Notes: generated from the sequence alone by a model not told the origin. A stretch of DNA of 64,000 nt from an uncultured Gammaproteobacteria bacterium (GCA_963782445.1 CAWAJM010000001.1:2854179-2918178); one strand, 5' to 3'. Shown: positions 18,948 through 27,760, numbered from the stretch's first letter. Numbers and translations: made by a program.

Positions 18948-19397
18948 ATGTCAGTCGACAAAATCTGCAATCACAACGTCGTCACCACGGAGGCCGACGC
19001 CGGGCTCGTCGAGACGGCCCTGCGCATGCGCGAAGAGCACGTCGGCAACGTCGTCGTAACCGAATACCGCAATGGCCGGCAGACGCCCGTCGGCATCCTT
19101 ACGGATCGCGACATCCTCGTCGAGGTCGTCGCCGCCAAGGTCGATGCGAGCGCCCTGACGGTCGGCGCCGTCATGACGCGGGACCTGACCGTCGTCGCAA
19201 AAGACAACGGCGTAGATTTCGCGCTCAAAGCCATGATGCGGGCCGGCGTGCGCCGCGTCCCGGTCGTGGACCGCGACGGCTCCCTGGTCGGCATCCTCAG
19301 CGTCGACGACGTGCTCGCACACATGAGCGAGCAGCTGTCGCACCTGGCCGAGGCGCTGCGCGGCGAGCAGCGGCGGGAGGCCAAGCAGCGGCCGTAG
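18948..19397 (+). CDS. CBS-pair domain protein
   Basis: Part of ORF 18885..19397. The start is ATG 18948. It has two CBS motifs (VVTTEADAGLVETALRMREEHVGNVVV...VGILTDRDI and VMTRDLTVVAKDNGVDFALKAMMRAGVRRVPVVDRDGSLVGILSVDDV). Confidence 0.75.
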   Translation: MSVDKICNHNVVTTEADAGLVETALRMREEHVGNVVVTEYRNGRQTPVGILTDRDILVEVVAAKVDASALTVGAVMTRDLTVVAKDNGVDFALKAMMRAGVRRVPVVDRDGSLVGILSVDDVLAHMSEQLSHLAEALRGEQRREAKQRP

Positions 19398-19571
19398 GCG
19401 GCGCGTGCGGGTAGCCCGCATGATTCACGAACGGGCTTGGCGCGGGGGGGTTGTCGGAGGCTCGTGCTGCCACGGCGCGAGGAGATTGGCGGGGCGAAGA
19501 CCGTAACCCTGGCGGCTGCAGCAGACCCCGGCCCGGGCGCTCTTCGGCGGCTATAGCCAGCCCGGTATCCA

Positions 19572-19694
19572 GGCTTCAGGCTGCTCGTCGTAAGGGCGGT
19601 GTCGGGACGCTGAGCGCCAGGGATGGCGCTCAGCGAGCGCCCAGGGACGGGTTCACGGCGGTCCCGACACCGCCCTTACGACGAGCCTGAAGCC
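19572..19694 (+). repeat. Nested-palindrome intergenic repeat, copy 1 (full length)
   Basis: The outer arm GGCTTCAGGCTGCTCGTCGTAAGGGCGGTGTCGGGAC pairs with GTCCCGACACCGCCCTTACGACGAGCCTGAAGCC. The inner hairpin is GCTGAGCGCC-aggga-TGGCGCTCAGC. An asymmetric core, GAGCGCCCAGGGACGGGTTCACGGCG, sets the orientation. It lies between the convergent CBS and kinase genes. Confidence 0.85.
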
Positions 19695-19743
19695 CCACCG
19701 GCAACGTCTCGAAAAGCCTCACCGCCGCCGACGAGCGACCGAG

Positions 19744-21033
19744 CTACCCCGCCGCCGAGAAGTCCACCGTAGCCGCCGTCCCCTCACCGGGCCGGCTGTC
19801 GATCGTGAGCCGCCAGCCGAAGCGCTCGCAGATGCGCTTCGCGAGGTGCAGCCCCATGCCGCCGCTGGGCTTCGTGCTGTAGCGGCGATCGAACAGCGAA
19901 CCGAGTGCCTCCGCCGGTATGCCGCAGCCCGTGTCCGTCACGGACAGCCGCGAGCCTTGCGTTTCGACGCGGATGCCGCCCGCGCGCGTGTGCTCGATCG
20001 CGTTGCGCAGCAGATTGCCGACGACGATGGCCGGCAGGGCCGGCGGCACATCGAGCCGCAAATCGGTCCCGCCCCGGTATTCGAGCGCCACGGCGGCGGC
20101 GTCCACGAGCGGACGGTAGCTCTCGGTCAGCTCGCGCGCGACGCGGTCCAGCTCGCAGCCGGCCGGCTCGCCGTCGTCGGCGCGGGTCTCGCGCGACAGG
20201 AACAGCAGCGCCTCGCTGTACTCGCGCATCTCGCGCTGGGCACGCGCGATGCGCTCGGCGGCGCGCCGGGCGCCCGGCGGCAGATTCGGCTGCTCGAGCA
20301 GCACTTCGGTCGCGCCCTGCATGACCGCGAGCGGTGTCCTGAGCTCGTGCGCCGCGGCCGCCGTGAACAGCTGCTCGCGCTCGACGAAGCCATCCAGCCT
20401 TTCCATATAGCGGTCGAAGGCCTCGGCGATGGGCGTGACCTCGTCGCCGACGAAATCGGGCGCGATGCGCACGTTGCGCTGGCGCGGGTCGAGCTTCTTG
20501 AGCCGCGCCGCGAGCGACGTCACGGGCGCGACGAGCTCGCCGGAGGCCCAGAACCCGATCCACACGGCCAGCAGCGCACTCAGCACGACGCCGCCGACCA
20601 GCACGTAGATGACGGGTTGCTCGAGCGCCTCCCACTCCGTGATGTCGTAGCCGACGTAGAGCCTGCGGCCGTGCGCGTCGCCGACATAGACCTGATAGGC
20701 CTTGTCGCCGACGCGGACGGCGTGGTGGACACCGGGTGCGAGCGCCGCGAAAGCGCTTGGCAGCGCCGGGTTCTGACGACCGACGAAGCCCAGCAGCAGC
20801 GCGCTCTTGACGGAGTCGAGCGCCGGGTGCGTCTCGAGATTCGCGGCCAGCGTCTGAAACTCGGCGCGGATGTGCCGATTCAGCACGCTGCGCTCCATGC
20901 GCTCGGCACCGATGAAGACGCCGAAAGCGAATACCGCCGTGCTCAGCGCGCCGAGCAGCAGCATCGCGAGCGTGATGCGCGCGCGCAGGCTGGCGAAGCG
21001 GCGTTTCGGCTCAGCGCTCATCGATGTCGGCAA
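19744..21033 (-). CDS. Membrane sensor histidine kinase, partner of the adjacent OmpR-type regulator (metal-efflux associated)
   Basis: The start is ATG 21033, or 21021 overlapping the regulator stop. It has two TM segments (ITLAMLLLGALSTAVFAFGVFIG and VIYVLVGGVVLSALLAVWIGFWA). The H-box is FTAAAAHELRTPLAVM, with LLRNAIEHT, DTGCGIP and GGMGLHLA downstream. Confidence 0.75.
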   Translation of the reverse strand: MPTSMSAEPKRRFASLRARITLAMLLLGALSTAVFAFGVFIGAERMERSVLNRHIRAEFQTLAANLETHPALDSVKSALLLGFVGRQNPALPSAFAALAPGVHHAVRVGDKAYQVYVGDAHGRRLYVGYDITEWEALEQPVIYVLVGGVVLSALLAVWIGFWASGELVAPVTSLAARLKKLDPRQRNVRIAPDFVGDEVTPIAEAFDRYMERLDGFVEREQLFTAAAAHELRTPLAVMQGATEVLLEQPNLPPGARRAAERIARAQREMREYSEALLFLSRETRADDGEPAGCELDRVARELTESYRPLVDAAAVALEYRGGTDLRLDVPPALPAIVVGNLLRNAIEHTRAGGIRVETQGSRLSVTDTGCGIPAEALGSLFDRRYSTKPSGGMGLHLAKRICERFGWRLTIDSRPGEGTAATVDFSAAG

Positions 21034-21697
21034 GCCGATAACCCACGCCGTGCACGGTGTGCAGAAGCTTGCGTTCGAAGGGTTTGTCGATGGCGGAGCG
21101 CAACGAGTAGATGTGCGCCCTGAGCACGTCGCCCCCGGGGGGATCGTCGCCCCAGAGCGCCTCCTCGAGCTCGCGGCGCGCGACGACGCGGTGACTGTTC
21201 GCCATGAGGACGCCGAGCAGCCGGCGCATGCTCGGGTTCAGCTCGAGCTTACGCCCGGCGCGGCGCACGGTCTCGGTCGCCTGCTCGTATTCGAGGTCCG
21301 CGACGCGCAGCGTGCGGCCGCCGATGACCCGGCCGGCCCCGCGCCGGTGCAGCGCTTCGAGGCGAGCCTCGAGCTCCTTGAGCGCGAAGGGCTTCACGAG
21401 GTAGTCGTCGGCGCCCGCGCCGAAGCCGCCGACCTTGTCCTCGAGGCGGTCGCGCGCCGTGAGCATGAGGACCGGCGTCTCCTTTTGCCCCTCCCGCCGC
21501 AGCTTGCGGCAGACCTCGACACCGTCCATGCCGGGCAGCATGAGGTCCAGCACGACAACGTCGTAATCGTGGGTCAGGGCGAGGTGCAGGCCCGTTACGC
21601 CGTCGCCGGCATAGTCGAGCACGTGCCCGCGCGGCTCGAGGTAATCCCCGATGTTCTCGGCAATGTCGCGATGGTCTTCGATGACGAGCACTCGCAT
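21011..21697 (-). CDS. OmpR/PhoB-family response regulator
   Basis: Part of ORF 21011..21910. The start is ATG 21697. MRVLVIEDHRDIAENI...VVLDLMLPGMDGVEVCRKLR...VLMLTARD...GADDYLVKPF is followed by a winged helix (LHTVHGVGYRL). It is divergent from the czc-like operon. Confidence 0.85.
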   Translation of the reverse strand: MRVLVIEDHRDIAENIGDYLEPRGHVLDYAGDGVTGLHLALTHDYDVVVLDLMLPGMDGVEVCRKLRREGQKETPVLMLTARDRLEDKVGGFGAGADDYLVKPFALKELEARLEALHRRGAGRVIGGRTLRVADLEYEQATETVRRAGRKLELNPSMRRLLGVLMANSHRVVARRELEEALWGDDPPGGDVLRAHIYSLRSAIDKPFERKLLHTVHGVGYRLADIDER

Positions 21698-21897
21698 GGG
21701 GCCGGATTCTAAGGGAACCGCGTGAAAAAAAAGTCGCTGCACGTATCTTCCGCAATGCCACGAAAGTATGAGTTTTCCACGACATATTTTTAACGTCGTT
21801 CGCGGCATCGTCTCGCCACGTTTCGGCGCAGGGCGCCGCTCAGCTGGGAGGCCGTTATGCCACCGATCAGAACGACGACGAGCCGGGCTCCACGGCG

Positions 21898-23185
21898 ATG
21901 AACCGTGCATTCGGAGTCGCCCTGACCCTCGCGGGGTTTGCGGCGGCGGGCGCCGCGCGGGCGCAGGCCGAAGCCCCTGCGCCCGCGGAGGAGTCGGCGT
22001 CCGCGCATCTGCATCACGAGCACACGCCGCTGAATCTCGATGCGGCGCTGACCTGGGACGCGCTGCTCGAGCATACGGTCGAGAACTTCCCGCGCTACGT
22101 CGAGCTCGAGGCCCGCGACCGCGAAGCGCGCGCGTTGGAACGGCGCGCTCACAGTCTACTTGCGGGCCAGCCCAGCATGACGCTGAGCTATCGTACCGAC
22201 GAATCGCTCACGAACGACAATCTGCGCGAATACGAGGCCGGCCTCGTGCTGCCGCTGTGGCACGCCGGCCAGCGCCGCGCGGCGGGCGCACTCGGCGCCA
22301 GCGCCGGCGCAGAGGCGCGCGCCGCGACGGCCGCGCTGCGCTGGGACGTCGCCGGCCGGCTGCGCGAGGCGCTCTGGGACCTCGAGAGCGCCTCGAACGG
22401 CGTCGAGCTGGCGCGCGACGAGCTCGAACGTCGCAAGAAAGCTCGAGCGCGTCGTCACGCGGCGCAACCAGGCCGGGGACCTGCCGCTCGAGGATGCGCT
22501 GCTCGCGCGCTCGACCGTGCTCGACAGGCAAGCCGCGGTCGTCGACGCCGAAGCCCAATTCGTCGACGCGCAGCGCGCTTACGAGAAGCTCACCGGGCTC
22601 GCGGCGCGTCCCGCTTCGTTCGCGGAGAAGCTGACGACGCGCAGCGACTACGACGCGTCGCATCCGCTGCTCGTACTGGCGGCGGCGGAGGTCGCCCGCG
22701 CCCGCGCCGCGCGCGAGTTTACCGCGCGCGAGACGCGCGGCAAGACGCAGCTCTCGATCGGCCCCCGCCGCCAACGCGACCCCCGAACGAACTTCTTCGA
22801 CGACAGCCTCGGCGTCGCCGTCAGCGTGCCTTTCGGCGGCCGCGCCCAGGCGGCGCCCGAGATCGCCGCGGCCGACCGGCGCGTTGCCGAGGCGCTGGCC
22901 CAGCAGACGGCCGTGCAGCGCGACGTCGAGACCGCCATGCACGAGGCGGCGCACACGCTCGAGACGACCGAGAACGCGCTCGATCTTGCGGAGCAGCGCG
23001 CCGCGCTCGCGGAACGGCGCTGGAAGATGGGCCAGAACGCCTTCGAGGAAGGCGAGATATCGCTGACCGAACTGTTGCGGCGCGAGGAAGCGGCCCGCGC
23101 CGCCCACCGCGAAGCCGCGCGGTTGCGGATCAAGCGCGGACGCACGATAGCCGAGGTCAATCAGGCCGTGGGAGAGCTGCCATGA
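21898..23185 (+). pseudogene. CzcC-like outer-membrane efflux factor interrupted by a 1-nt frameshift near 22438..22441
   Basis: The N-terminal half runs in frame 1: signal peptide MNRAFGVALTLAGFAAAGAARA, His-rich SAHLHHEHTP, then ...ARDELERRKK. The C-terminal half runs in frame 2: LERVVTRRNQAGDLPLEDALLARSTVLDRQAAVVDAEAQF...AEVNQAVGELP. The two frames join cleanly if one base is removed from CGCAAGAAAGCTCGAG. The combined length is about 428 aa, typical for CzcC. Confidence 0.65.
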
Positions 23186-24357
23186 GATCCAAAGTCGCCT
23201 TGTTAGCCGTCGCCTTGTTGCTGCCTTTCGCGGCAGCGCCGGCGCAGCAGGCCGCGGCCGGCGCGACGCCGGGCCCCGCGGCCGAGGTCGCCCAGAGCGG
23301 CGCCAGCGCCGAGGCCGGCCGCGCCCTCGCCGTGACGCCCGAGCAGATGGCCCGGCTCGGGCTGGAGTGGCGGCGCCCCGAGACCGTCGCCGAGTTCGCC
23401 GTCGGCTCGGCGCCCGCTGTCGTCGTCGTGCCGCCCTCTCAGGAAGCCATCGTCAGCGCGCCCGTCGGCGGCCTCGTCACGCGCATCCTGATTGCGGAAG
23501 GCAGCTCGGTCGAGGCCGGCCAGGCGCTCGTCGAGATGCGCAGCACGGAACTGCTGCAACAGGAACGCGAGTACCTCGAAGCGCTGAGCGCGCGGCGGCT
23601 CGCGGACGCCCAGCTCGCGCGCGACGAAGGCCTGCGCACCGACGGCATCATCGCCGAGCGCCGGCTGCAGGAGACGAAGGCTCAGGCCGCCTCGGCCCGC
23701 GTGCGCCTCGAAGCGGCGCGGCAGCAGCTGCATCTCGCGGGCTTCGACGACGGCGGGCTCGCCAAGCTCGCGGCGAGCGGCACGATCACGGCGAACCTCA
23801 CGCTGCGGGCCCCGTTCGCGGGCACGGTCGTTGCGCGCCATATTGCCCTGGGCGAGCAGGTCCAGGCCCAGGACAAGGTCGCGCGCATTGCCAATCTCGA
23901 AAGGCTCTGGCTCGAAGTGCGCGTGCCTCAGGAACGCGCCGATGCCGTCGCGCCCGGCATGCACATCCGCGTCGAGCCGCAAGGCCGGCCCGCGACGGCC
24001 GAGGTCTTCCAGGTCGGCCGCGTCGTGGATCCGGCGACGCAGACGGTGCTCGTGCGCGGCAAGATCGACAACGCCGGCGGTGTCCTGCGCGCCGGCCAGA
24101 CCCTGCCCGCCCGCATCCTCGGCTCGAGCGCCGACGGTGCGCTGGCCGTCCCGAAGGCGGCCGTCGTGAGAATCGACGGGCATGCCTTCGTGTTCGTGCG
24201 CCGGGCGGACGGCTTCGACCTGCGCCCGGTGCGCCCCCTCGGCGAGGACGCCGAGCGCGTTTACGTGGCGGCCGCGGGCCTCGCCGGCTCCAGCGAGATC
24301 GCGGTCAAGGGCGTCAGCGCGCTCAAGTCGCTTCTGCTCGGCGGGGAAGAGGGCTGA
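23182..24357 (+). CDS. RND efflux membrane fusion protein (CzcB-like)
   Basis: ATG 23182 overlaps the upstream stop (ATGA). The signal-like start is MRSKVALLAVALLLPFAAAPA. It has a lipoyl/beta-barrel layout (VSAPVGGLVTRILIAEGSSVEAGQALVEMRS ... LTLRAPFAGTVVARHIALGEQV ... LWLEVRVPQE). Confidence 0.8.
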   Translation: MRSKVALLAVALLLPFAAAPAQQAAAGATPGPAAEVAQSGASAEAGRALAVTPEQMARLGLEWRRPETVAEFAVGSAPAVVVVPPSQEAIVSAPVGGLVTRILIAEGSSVEAGQALVEMRSTELLQQEREYLEALSARRLADAQLARDEGLRTDGIIAERRLQETKAQAASARVRLEAARQQLHLAGFDDGGLAKLAASGTITANLTLRAPFAGTVVARHIALGEQVQAQDKVARIANLERLWLEVRVPQERADAVAPGMHIRVEPQGRPATAEVFQVGRVVDPATQTVLVRGKIDNAGGVLRAGQTLPARILGSSADGALAVPKAAVVRIDGHAFVFVRRADGFDLRPVRPLGEDAERVYVAAAGLAGSSEIAVKGVSALKSLLLGGEEG

Positions 24358-24358
24358 C

Positions 24359-27300
24359 ATGGGCAGGCTCATCGAATTCGCACTGAGCCAGCGGCTGCTG
24401 GTCAGCCTGCTGACCGTGCTGTTGGCCGCGGGCGGTTACGAGGCCTTCAGGCACCTGCCGATCGACGCGTTCCCGGACATCTCGCCGACGCAGGTCAAGG
24501 TCATCATCAAGTCGCCGGGCATGACGCCCGAGGAGGTCGAGACACGCATCACTTCGCCCGTCGAGGTCGAGCTGCTCGGCATCCCGAAGCAGACGATGCT
24601 GCGCTCGAACACGAAGTACGCGCTCACGGACATCACGCTCGACTTCGAGGAAGGCACCGACATCTACTGGGCGCGCCAGCAGGTTGCAGAGCGGCTCAAC
24701 AATGTTTGGGGAGACCTGCCCGACGGGGTCCAAGGCGGCATCGCGCCGATGACGACCCCGCTCGGCGAGATGTTCATGTTCACGATTGAGGGCGGGGATT
24801 TGACGCTCGCGCAACGGCGCACGCTGCTCGAGTGGACGTTGCGCCCCGCCCTGCGCACGGTGCCGGGGGTCGCGGACGTCAACGTGCTCGGCGGCTACGT
24901 GCGCAGCTTCGAGGTCGTGCCCGATCCCGTGCGCATGGCCGCGCGCGGCATCGACACGCTGACGCTCGCGAACGCCATCGCGGCCAACAACCGCAACGAC
25001 GGCGCGGGCCGCCTCAACGAAGGCGAGGAGACACTGCTCGTGCGCGCCCAGGGACGCATTCAGACGCTCGCCGATCTCGAGGCCATCGTCGTCGCGGCGC
25101 ACGGCGGGATCCCGATCCGCGTCGCCGACGTGGCCGACGTGCGCATCGGCTCGATCACGCGCTACGGCGCGGTCAGCGAGGACGGCAGCAAAGAGGCCGT
25201 CGAGGGCCTGATCCTCGGGCTGCGCGGCGCCAACGCGGGCGCCGTCGTCGAGGGGGTGCGCGCGAAGCTCGACCAGCTCTCCTCGGCGCTGCCGCCCGGC
25301 GTCAAGATCAACGTGTTTTACGACCGCGGTAAGCTCGTCTCCGACGCCGTCGGCACCGTCTCGGAGGCACTGACCGAAGCCGTCGTCCTCGTGCTCGTGC
25401 TGCTCGTGCTGTTCCTCGGCAATCTGAGGGCGGCGCTCACGGTGGCGCTCGTCCTGCCGCTGGCGGCGCTGACGACCTTTCTGCTCATGCGCCTCTTCGG
25501 CATGTCGGCGAACCTCATGAGCCTCGGCGGCCTGGCGATCGCGATCGGCATGCTCGTCGATGCGGCCGTCGTCGTCGTCGAGAACATCGAGACACAGCTT
25601 GCGGCCGGCGGATCCGCCGCCGGCCGCCTGCCCCGCCTGCACATGATCTACCGTGCCGTGCGCGAGGTCTCCGTGCCGGTCGCGTCCGGCGTCGGCATCA
25701 TCGTCATCGTCTTCCTGCCGCTGCTCTCGCTGCAAGGGTTGGAGGGCAAGCTGTTCTCCCCCGTCGCGCTGACGATCAGCTTCGCGCTCGCGGGATCCTT
25801 GCTGCTTTCGCTGACGGTGATTCCCGTGCTGGCCTCGTTCCTGCTGCGCGAGTCCGCGCACGGGAAGGAGCCGTGGCTGCCGCGCAAGCTCGGCGAGGTC
25901 TACGAGCCCTTGCTCCGCTGGAGCCTCGCGCACGGCAACCGGCTCATCGCCGGCGCCGCCGTCGCCCTGGTCGCGATGGCCGTCGCCTACCCGTTCATCG
26001 GCAAGACCTTCATGCCGACCATGGATGAGGGCGACATCATCGTACAGCTCGAGAAACTGCCCTCGATCACGCTCGACCAGTCCGTCAAGACCGACGAGCG
26101 CGTACAGAAGGCCATCATGACGCAAGTGCCGGAGGTCCGGCACATCGTGGCGCGAGTCGGCTCGGACCAGATCGGCATGGACCCCATGGGCCTCAACGAG
26201 TCGGACATGTTCTTCCAGCTCGCCCCGCGCGATACCTGGCGCTTCGCGAGCAAGGACGCGCTCATCGAGGCCATCCGTAAGGTGCTCGATCAGTTCCCGG
26301 GCGTCGCCTACGGCTTCACCCAGCCGATCCAGATGCGCACGGCCGAGATGCTGACGGGCGTGCGCGGCGACGTGGCCGCCAAGCTGTTCGGGCCCGATCT
26401 CGGAGAGCTCGGCCGGCAGGCTGCGGCCATCGAAAACGTGCTGAAATCGATTCCCGGCAGCGAAAACGTCTTCGTCGCGCGCAACAGCGGCGTGCAGTAC
26501 TTGCAGGTCGATCTCGACCGCGAGCGCGTCGGCCGCCTCGGCCTCAACGGCGATGATCTCGAGCGCATTCTGCACGCGCAGATCGAGGGCCTGCCGATCG
26601 GTATCGTGCAGGAAGGCGTGATCCGCACGCCGCTCGTGATCCGCGCACCGACGCAGATCCGCGAGTCCGTCGAGGGGCTCAAGAACATGCCGCTCGCGAT
26701 CGAGGCCGCGCCCTCTGCGCCGGTGCCCGTGGACGCCGTGGCCCGCATCAAGCGCGTCGACGGCGTCGTCTCGATCGCGCGCGAGCGCGGTCAGCGCTTC
26801 ACCGTCATCCGCTCGAACGTCAAGGGCCGCGACCTCGTCGGCTTCGTCGACGAGGCGCGCCGGCGCGCAGCCCAGGAGGTCAAGCTGCCGCCGGGCTACT
26901 TCGTGGAATGGGGCGGTCAGTTCGAAAACCAGCAGCGCGCCGCAAAGCGCCTCGCGCTCGTCGTGCCGATCTCGATCGGCCTCATCTTCCTGCTGCTGTT
27001 CTCGACCTTCGGCTCCGTGCGCCAGGCGCTGCTCGTGCTCATGAACGTGCCGTTCGCGCTGATCGGCGGTGTGTTCGCGCTGCTGTTGACCGGAGAATAC
27101 ATGTCGGTGCCCGCCTCGGTCGGCTTCATTGCGCTGCTCGGCATTGCGGTCCTGAACGGCGTCGTCATGGTCAGCTACTTCAATCAGCTCCGGACGCGCG
27201 GCCTCAGCCTCGAGGAGACCGTGATCCAAGGCGCGAAACGGCGGCTGCGTCCGGTCACGATGACGGCCACGATCGCAGCGTTCGGCCTCGTGCCGCTGCT

Positions 27301-27436
27301 GTTCGCGACGGGCCCGGGCTCCGAGATCCAGCGGCCGCTGGCCATCGTCGTGATCGGCGGCCTCATCACGGCCACGCTGCTGACGCTGATTCTGCTGCCG
27401 ATCCTCTATCGCCGCTTCGGCACGAAGGAGGCCTAG
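24359..27436 (+). CDS. Heavy-metal-efflux RND inner-membrane pump (CzcA/CusA family)
   Basis: Part of ORF 24182..27436. The start is ATG 24359. It opens with MGRLIEFALSQRLLVSLLTVLLAAGGYEAFRHLPIDAFPDISPTQVKVI and carries LGGLAIAIGMLVDAAVVVVENI. The protein is about 1025 aa and has a 12-TM architecture. Confidence 0.85.
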   Translation: MGRLIEFALSQRLLVSLLTVLLAAGGYEAFRHLPIDAFPDISPTQVKVIIKSPGMTPEEVETRITSPVEVELLGIPKQTMLRSNTKYALTDITLDFEEGTDIYWARQQVAERLNNVWGDLPDGVQGGIAPMTTPLGEMFMFTIEGGDLTLAQRRTLLEWTLRPALRTVPGVADVNVLGGYVRSFEVVPDPVRMAARGIDTLTLANAIAANNRNDGAGRLNEGEETLLVRAQGRIQTLADLEAIVVAAHGGIPIRVADVADVRIGSITRYGAVSEDGSKEAVEGLILGLRGANAGAVVEGVRAKLDQLSSALPPGVKINVFYDRGKLVSDAVGTVSEALTEAVVLVLVLLVLFLGNLRAALTVALVLPLAALTTFLLMRLFGMSANLMSLGGLAIAIGMLVDAAVVVVENIETQLAAGGSAAGRLPRLHMIYRAVREVSVPVASGVGIIVIVFLPLLSLQGLEGKLFSPVALTISFALAGSLLLSLTVIPVLASFLLRESAHGKEPWLPRKLGEVYEPLLRWSLAHGNRLIAGAAVALVAMAVAYPFIGKTFMPTMDEGDIIVQLEKLPSITLDQSVKTDERVQKAIMTQVPEVRHIVARVGSDQIGMDPMGLNESDMFFQLAPRDTWRFASKDALIEAIRKVLDQFPGVAYGFTQPIQMRTAEMLTGVRGDVAAKLFGPDLGELGRQAAAIENVLKSIPGSENVFVARNSGVQYLQVDLDRERVGRLGLNGDDLERILHAQIEGLPIGIVQEGVIRTPLVIRAPTQIRESVEGLKNMPLAIEAAPSAPVPVDAVARIKRVDGVVSIARERGQRFTVIRSNVKGRDLVGFVDEARRRAAQEVKLPPGYFVEWGGQFENQQRAAKRLALVVPISIGLIFLLLFSTFGSVRQALLVLMNVPFALIGGVFALLLTGEYMSVPASVGFIALLGIAVLNGVVMVSYFNQLRTRGLSLEETVIQGAKRRLRPVTMTATIAAFGLVPLLFATGPGSEIQRPLAIVVIGGLITATLLTLILLPILYRRFGTKEA

Positions 27437-27439
27437 CCC

Positions 27440-27760
27440 GTGGACGCGACGAACGCCGTGCTCTTCGTGATTTCCGTCTCGCCCGCGCTCGAGGACCAGC
27501 TCATCGACTGGCTGCTGGAGCGCGACGGCGCCCCGGGCTTCTCGAGCTGGCCGAGCAGCGGCCACAGCTCCGACCCTGCGCGGCTGAGCGCCACCGAGAA
27601 GGTCAGCGGCAAGCAGCGGCGGCTCACGTTTCAGGTGCAGCTTCCGGCGGCGCGGCTTCCGGCCTTCACAGCGGCACTGCGCGAGGACCTCGCCGGGGCC
27701 GACGTGCACTACTGGGTCGTGCCGCTCGTCGATGCGGGGTCGTTGCGCGGGTCGGCGTAA
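27440..27760 (+). CDS. DUF3240-like small protein commonly found downstream of HME-RND pumps
   Basis: GTG 27440 lies 4 nt after the pump stop. The sequence is LFVISVSPALEDQLIDWLLERDGAPGFSSWPSSGHSS...KVSGKQRRLTFQVQLPAARLPAFTAALREDLAGADVHYWVVPL. This matches my recollection of DUF3240 proteins. Confidence 0.5.
   Translation: MDATNAVLFVISVSPALEDQLIDWLLERDGAPGFSSWPSSGHSSDPARLSATEKVSGKQRRLTFQVQLPAARLPAFTAALREDLAGADVHYWVVPLVDAGSLRGSA

Noticed and set aside
21898-24357. An 819-aa ORF that looks like an outer-membrane-factor / membrane-fusion-protein fusion
   Set aside because: The middle roughly 250 codons are Arg-rich nonsense. The real czcC C-terminal half is in another frame (22442..23185), and czcB starts at its own ATG 23182 with a signal-like N-terminus. 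This is explained by a 1-nt frameshift plus a frame that stays open by chance.
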